Notes under the pieces: generated by a model | What the model was told of the DNA's origin: nothing | Databases searched by the model: none | Seen by the model: only the letters and a program-made list of their open reading frames with translations | Shown here: piece after piece, positions 7,133-11,084 of the stretch | Layout: each line of letters starts with the position of its first letter | How positions within the stretch are numbered: position 1 is the stretch's first letter | Assembly: GCA_027001995.1 (NCBI GenBank) | Contig: JALTLO010000160.1 | Span: forward strand, 1 to 11,084 | Direction of reading: 5' to 3' | DNA from: Planctomycetota bacterium | GTDB taxonomy: Bacteria > Planctomycetota > GCA-002687715 > DRQF01 | DNA length: 11,084 nucleotides | Translations under genes and position numbers: made by a program

Positions 7133-7924
7133 TCAGGTCTGAATTCTTCGTTCTTGTCTCTGTTCGGTGCGAAGTATGCGGCAAGCCGCATAAGCCGCCC
7201 CAAACCCGTTGCCGATATTAACAACCACCACCCCCGGTGCACAGGAGCAGAGCATTCCCAATAAGGCGGCTAATCCCTGAAAAGACGCTCCATAACCCAC
7301 CGCCGTTGGGACGGCAATCACAGGCTCTGCCACCAAGCCACCCACCACACTAGGCAAAGCCCCTTCCATCCCTGCGACTACAATATGAACTCCAGCACCG
7401 ACAAGTTCTTCTTTTCGGGACAAAAGACGATGAAGGCCGGCCACCCCCACATCGTAGAGCTTGCGCACCTCAGCCCCCATCAACCAGGCAGTCATGGCGG
7501 CCTCTTCGGCCACTGGTACATCAGTGGTGCCAGCAGCGATCACAGTTACGACTCCCAGCCGAGGCCCGGGGGAACCTATCGTTAAGATCCGACCCCGATG
7601 ATGCCATTCGACCTGGGGTATTTTCTCAAGGGCCATAGCCGCCCCGCTTTCAGAAACACGGGTTGCCAAGACTCGCGGCGAAGCTTCTGCCAATTGCCGA
7701 ATACAGGAACAAAGATCTTCATCTGTTTTGCCTTCAGCAAAAATAACTTCGGGAAAACCACTCCTTTCACCTCGACTGAGATCGAGATGAATGGTCTCGT
7801 CTTCGGAGCCAACACGGGCGACAATGTCTTGGTGCCAACGTGCTAAGGCCCCAGAGGCAGAAATTTTTCCGGCCTCGATTTCCTTCATTAAGCTGAGCAA
7901 GGGCCCATCCATCGACGGACTCAT
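7133..7924 (-). CDS. larB: Nickel-pincer cofactor biosynthesis protein LarB family (PurE/AIR-carboxylase-like, CpmA-like)
   Basis: R..R.GFPEVIFAEGKT, VLATR, AGTTD.PVAEEA, DVGVAGLHRL, VVAGMEGALPSVVGGL, PVIAVPT.VGYGA, AALLGML.SC.PG..VVNI.NGFGAA. Confidence 0.92.
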   Translation of the reverse strand: MSPSMDGPLLSLMKEIEAGKISASGALARWHQDIVARVGSEDETIHLDLSRGERSGFPEVIFAEGKTDEDLCSCIRQLAEASPRVLATRVSESGAAMALEKIPQVEWHHRGRILTIGSPGPRLGVVTVIAAGTTDVPVAEEAAMTAWLMGAEVRKLYDVGVAGLHRLLSRKEELVGAGVHIVVAGMEGALPSVVGGLVAEPVIAVPTAVGYGASFQGLAALLGMLCSCAPGVVVVNIGNGFGAAYAACRILRTEQRQERRIQT

Positions 7925-9267
7925 GGAGCCACCAGTTTCCGCACAGGTTCTCCCGCTAAGACCTGAAGCGCAACAGTCAGTTGCGGATCAACGAAACCTT
8001 CCGGAACTTTCAGGTTATTCTCATCTTCCTGCATCGCTCGAACAATGTCGTCCGCCAAGGGGATCCGCTGCCAATATTCGAACAGATATTGCATGTCTTG
8101 TCGACTTGCGATGACGTGCAAATCTGGAATGATACCACCAACATGATTCCCGCCTTTGTCTTCATTCCTCTGCAAGACTCTCCCGGAAGGGGTCAACCAA
8201 TAGGCTGTGGTAATTTTCACCCCCGCTGGCCTTGTCTTCAATGGGAAGACTTTTTGCACCACACCTTTGCCGTAGGAGTTGGTGCCAACAATGATCGCTC
8301 GGCGATAGTCTTGTAAGGCACCAGCAACAATTTCAGATGCGGATGCACTTCCTTGATTCACCAAAACAACAAGAGGTAAGTCAGGGGCCACCGGAGCAGT
8401 CTTCGTTGGATAGCGACGACTGTATTCTCGGTAGGAGCTGACGAGAGCCAAATCGGTCTTCATGAATACACCCACCACGCCCACGGCTGCCTGAAGTGAA
8501 CCACCCAGATTCTCCCGCAGATCAAGAACAGCACCTTCCAGCCCATTCGCCTCTTTCAATAAACGGCGAAGAGCCAATGAAACCTCAACATCGGACTTGT
8601 TCTTGAATGACTTCAGATGGATGTAGCCGATCTTCTTCTCCGGGCCGATCCTCTCTGCCACAACACTAGGTGTATTGTAGAACCCCCGCGTGACTTTGAG
8701 GTGACGACGCTCAGACGATTTCCAGGTTTCGACTTCAAAGTCAATGGAAGAGCCTGCCGGCCCGAGAATGAGGTCACGGACGAAACTCGTCTTCACCCCC
8801 TGAGGAATTTTGTTGCCGTCAATGGAGCAAAGACGGTCTCCCGCCCTGAACCCACTTTTCTCCGCTGGCCCTCCAGGAAAGACGTAAAGGGTGCGGGCCA
8901 AGCCATTCAAGGTCCCAAAGAAAATTCCAATCCCCGCTCGTCTCCCTTCAGACGAGCGTTGGAATTCTTGCCATTCTTCCTTGTCATAACCGCGGGAATG
9001 ACGATCGAGAACCGCAGCCATGCCGTCCAAAGCCCCATAGATCAATTCATCTCGATCAACACCGGTGACATGGTGCTCCTCAATCAGTTGCATCACCTCG
9101 CGATAGCTATCTTCTCCTAATTCATGATCGCCGCCAAAATCCCGTGGCTGTTGACGCACATAAATAACGCCCGCAATGGCCAAACAAGCCAAAAGCGCAG
9201 GAGACAGATAAATCAAAAACCAGGCCCGCCGAGGTGGCAGAGCACGACCTCGCATATTCATTGTCAC
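7921..9267 (-). CDS. S41A family carboxyl-terminal processing protease (CtpA/Prc-like) with N-terminal membrane anchor and PDZ domain
   Basis: N-terminal hydrophobic segment, GM...LD.HS, PDZ (GIGI..GGPAEKSG.RAGD..IDG), IGYIHL.SF, VLDLRENLGG, SASASEIVAGALQD (catalytic Ser), YGKGVVQ (catalytic Lys), TTA...TPSG, GI.PD. GTG start with GTGA overlap; ATG 9261 and 9255 are alternatives. Confidence 0.95.
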   Translation of the reverse strand: MTMNMRGRALPPRRAWFLIYLSPALLACLAIAGVIYVRQQPRDFGGDHELGEDSYREVMQLIEEHHVTGVDRDELIYGALDGMAAVLDRHSRGYDKEEWQEFQRSSEGRRAGIGIFFGTLNGLARTLYVFPGGPAEKSGFRAGDRLCSIDGNKIPQGVKTSFVRDLILGPAGSSIDFEVETWKSSERRHLKVTRGFYNTPSVVAERIGPEKKIGYIHLKSFKNKSDVEVSLALRRLLKEANGLEGAVLDLRENLGGSLQAAVGVVGVFMKTDLALVSSYREYSRRYPTKTAPVAPDLPLVVLVNQGSASASEIVAGALQDYRRAIIVGTNSYGKGVVQKVFPLKTRPAGVKITTAYWLTPSGRVLQRNEDKGGNHVGGIIPDLHVIASRQDMQYLFEYWQRIPLADDIVRAMQEDENNLKVPEGFVDPQLTVALQVLAGEPVRKLVAP

Positions 9268-9839
9268 TTGCCTCCTTTGATTCTTGATTGCAGTTGTGAT
9301 GAAAGACGCAAATGATCTCCGACTCCAACGCCATTCCTCTCAAACCAACCCTTCTGCATTTCAACCACGTAACGTGCCCGATCCTGAGACTTGGCTCGGG
9401 GAAGGTCAGCATCACTGCAATGAGCTGCAGGTGGATCAAGGGAGACAATCTGGGTGATGAGCAAGTCATTGGAAACAAAGGCAATATCCAAGGGCACCCA
9501 AGTATCCTTCATCCAAAAGCTTCGAAAGCCAGCTTCTTCATAGACAAAGATCATCCCGTCATCTCTTGCCAACGATTTTCGATGTCCCAAACCCAGACCT
9601 CGACTTTTCGAATCAGAAGCGACTTCGAGCCAGACCTCCTGATCACCAAGCCAAAGTTGAGCTCGCCCGGGATGCATTTCTTTTCTCCGAACATTCTCTT
9701 GATGATTGGATGGCTGCGTTGGAATGGATGTTGGTTGCTCTTGGGTAGGTGGAGTTGATTTCGGTCCGGCGCAGGCATTCAGGGAAATGACAAGAAATAA
9801 CCAAACGCAAGATATGCGAAACCTACTTGGCCTTATCAT
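9264..9839 (-). CDS. DUF192 domain-containing putative lipoprotein
   Basis: EVA....R..GL..R..L....GMIFVY.......FWMKDT..PLDIAF and YVVE...G......G...GD match the DUF192 pattern. Signal peptide with lipobox-like LNAC, followed by a Pro/Thr/Gln linker. Confidence 0.9.
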   Translation of the reverse strand: MIRPSRFRISCVWLFLVISLNACAGPKSTPPTQEQPTSIPTQPSNHQENVRRKEMHPGRAQLWLGDQEVWLEVASDSKSRGLGLGHRKSLARDDGMIFVYEEAGFRSFWMKDTWVPLDIAFVSNDLLITQIVSLDPPAAHCSDADLPRAKSQDRARYVVEMQKGWFERNGVGVGDHLRLSSQLQSRIKGGK

Positions 9840-10056
9840 GGGAGTCTCTCTTTTTGGCTCTTTCGTGCTCTTTTGTTGGCGAAAGTACTTTGTCCATTCC
9901 TTGGGGCGACTTCATAACCTCATCTTGAGTCCGCCCAAGAACGGGCTTACTCTCTCCGACCTGATCGTTTGCATCCCAGAAAAGAGAAAGCAAAGCACCT
10001 ATGCTGATGGCGAGAACAAAGAGAGCCTTAGGTAATCTGCGATTCGGGTCGTCCAT
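9823..10056 (-). CDS. Small hypothetical membrane-anchored or secreted protein (77 aa)
   Basis: ATG start, basic residues, then one hydrophobic stretch (ALFVLAISIGALLSLFW) and a charged tail. It fills the gap between maf and the DUF192 gene on the same strand with a 17-bp overlap. GGAG lies upstream. Confidence 0.55.
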   Translation of the reverse strand: MDDPNRRLPKALFVLAISIGALLSLFWDANDQVGESKPVLGRTQDEVMKSPQGMDKVLSPTKEHERAKKRDSHDKAK

Positions 10057-10146
10057 AGCTCCAGTATACTCCGATGCCAGGTCATTGGGTGGACTAAATG
10101 AAGATGAGGATTTTCTCCATTGAGGCAGTTTGGCCGGGGTGATTGA

Positions 10147-10749
10147 CTACGCCCCGAAAGGAAACCCAGCCTGGTCCAAGAGCCGAAGCACAAGCTCTTT
10201 GGGCAAGCCAACCACATTGCTGAAGGAACCAGTAAACTCTTTGATAAGGTTCCCCCCCAAGCCCTGGATGGCGAAGGCACCGGCTTTCCCCATCGGCTCC
10301 CCGGTCGCCACATAGTCACAAATTTCTTTCGCGCCAAAGGGAAACATCTCGAGTTTCGTGAGTTCAAATCCTTCGAAAACCTGCCCGGTCCCGCCCACCA
10401 CGGAAACTCCTGTAGCAACTTCAACAATCTGGCCAGAAAGCCCTTCCAGCATTTCTCTGGCTTCATTGCTATCTTTCGGCTTGCCTAGAAGAACTCCACA
10501 GCAAGAGACAATCGTGTCTGCCCCAAGAATCCAAGCTTCCTTGTTTTCCTGTGATTGACGATGTTGTCGGCCATTGAACACAGCCATCGCTTTGATGGTT
10601 GCCAAAGCTTGTGCTTGAGGTCCACAGGCGAGACCACCGTCCAAGGACTCTTCGACATCTGCTGGCTGAATCGTGTGGGCCAAGCCCCAAGACTTCAAGA
10701 GGTCACGTCGGCGAGGGGAAGCCGAGGCCAAGATGAGTCGGTGGCCCAT
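10147..10749 (-). CDS. maf: Maf family nucleoside triphosphate pyrophosphatase (YhdE-like)
   Basis: LILASASPRRRDLL, DVEE, LA..KA, GADTIV, LGKP, YVATGEP..KAGAFAIQG.G, G...NVVGLP. Confidence 0.96.
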   Translation of the reverse strand: MGHRLILASASPRRRDLLKSWGLAHTIQPADVEESLDGGLACGPQAQALATIKAMAVFNGRQHRQSQENKEAWILGADTIVSCCGVLLGKPKDSNEAREMLEGLSGQIVEVATGVSVVGGTGQVFEGFELTKLEMFPFGAKEICDYVATGEPMGKAGAFAIQGLGGNLIKEFTGSFSNVVGLPKELVLRLLDQAGFPFGA

Positions 10750-10755
10750 CCCTGA

Positions 10756-11084
10756 CTATTTCTTCTTCTTACGATTCGTCTTCTTCTTGGCGGCAGCCTT
10801 TTTCTTCGTCGCCGTCTTCTTCTTAGTGGCTGGCTTCTTCTTGCTCGCGGTTTTCTTGGTTGCGGCTTTCTTCTTGGTGACCTTCTTGACCACCTTCTTC
10901 TTGGCCGAAGTTTTCTTCTTAGCCGCAGGTTTCTTCTTAGCCGCAGGTTTCTTCTTAGTCGCAGGTTTCTTCTTGGCCGCAGCCTTCTTGGTTGCTGTCT
11001 TCTTCTTTGTCGCCTTCTTAGCGACCTTCTTCTTGGCAGCCGTCTTCTTGGCAGCCGTCTTCTTCTTGCCTGTCACCTTCGTCT
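10756..11084 (-). CDS. Lys/Ala/Thr-rich histone H1-like low-complexity region; C-terminal part of a 5'-truncated protein
   Basis: The frame is open to the window edge (..ACG AAG GTG ACA GGC AAG..), so GTG 11076 is probably internal. 53 of the 106 listed residues are Lys, with no acidic or aromatic residues and KKK-[PT]-A-[AT] repeats. TAG stop 6 bp before the maf ATG. Confidence 0.8.
   Translation of the reverse strand, partial: TKVTGKKKTAAKKTAAKKKVAKKATKKKTATKKAAAKKKPATKKKPAAKKKPAAKKKTSAKKKVVKKVTKKKAATKKTASKKKPATKKKTATKKKAAAKKKTNRKKKK
10912..10983. repeat. Coding tandem repeat, 4 x 18 bp (PAAKKK-type hexapeptide)
   Basis: tttcttcttagccgcagg at 10912 and 10930 (identical), tttcttcttagtcgcagg at 10948, tttcttcttggccgcagc at 10966. 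Confidence 0.9.
11029..11058. repeat. Coding tandem repeat, 2 x 15 bp (TAAKK)
   Basis: cttcttggcagccgt occurs twice exactly, at 11029 and 11044. Confidence 0.85.

Noticed and set aside
9999..10466. 155-aa minus-strand ORF overlapping the 3' half of maf in another frame
   Set aside because: Maf is intact in its own frame. The translation is Trp/Pro/Arg/Ser-rich, as is typical of off-frame reading, and I see no convincing frameshift signal.
9823..10749. The 77-aa ORF is in frame with maf and separated by a single TAG, suggesting read-through or a split gene
   Set aside because: Maf is complete at its normal length. The 30 intervening codons are not protein-like, and an open stretch this short is common by chance. 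No recoding evidence.
10756..11084. Repeats at the right edge as a CRISPR array or non-coding satellite
   Set aside because: Units are multiples of 3, contiguous without unique spacers, and vary at codon level, so they are coding low-complexity repeats.

Overview
An 11 kb, gene-dense bacterial chromosomal segment made almost entirely of housekeeping genes. One tightly packed minus-strand cluster runs right to left: a Lys/Ala/Thr-rich histone-H1-like region (5'-truncated), maf, a small membrane protein, a DUF192 lipoprotein, an S41/CtpA protease, larB, carA, purA, uppS, cdsA, phoH, ybeY and a soluble Hanks-type Ser/Thr kinase. It converges on the 3' end of a hypothetical plus-strand gene at the left edge. 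Most junctions overlap by RTGA or leave only a few bases. The purA-uppS-cdsA-phoH-ybeY order and the motif variants (kinase DLG, CdsA PxFGG-LDxLDS, YbeY GYDD) suggest Planctomycetota/PVC, which is an inference from recall and not from a search. I see no mobile element, CRISPR array, tRNA or rRNA, and no clear-cut novel system. The best leads are: (1) a near-consensus internal promoter for purA with a palindrome filling its spacer; (2) an orphan LarB with several motif substitutions next to carA/purA; (3) a possible small protein-DUF192 lipoprotein-CtpA envelope module; (4) a kinase with an MshEN-like N-terminus coupled to ybeY; (5) a 50%-lysine histone-like region.
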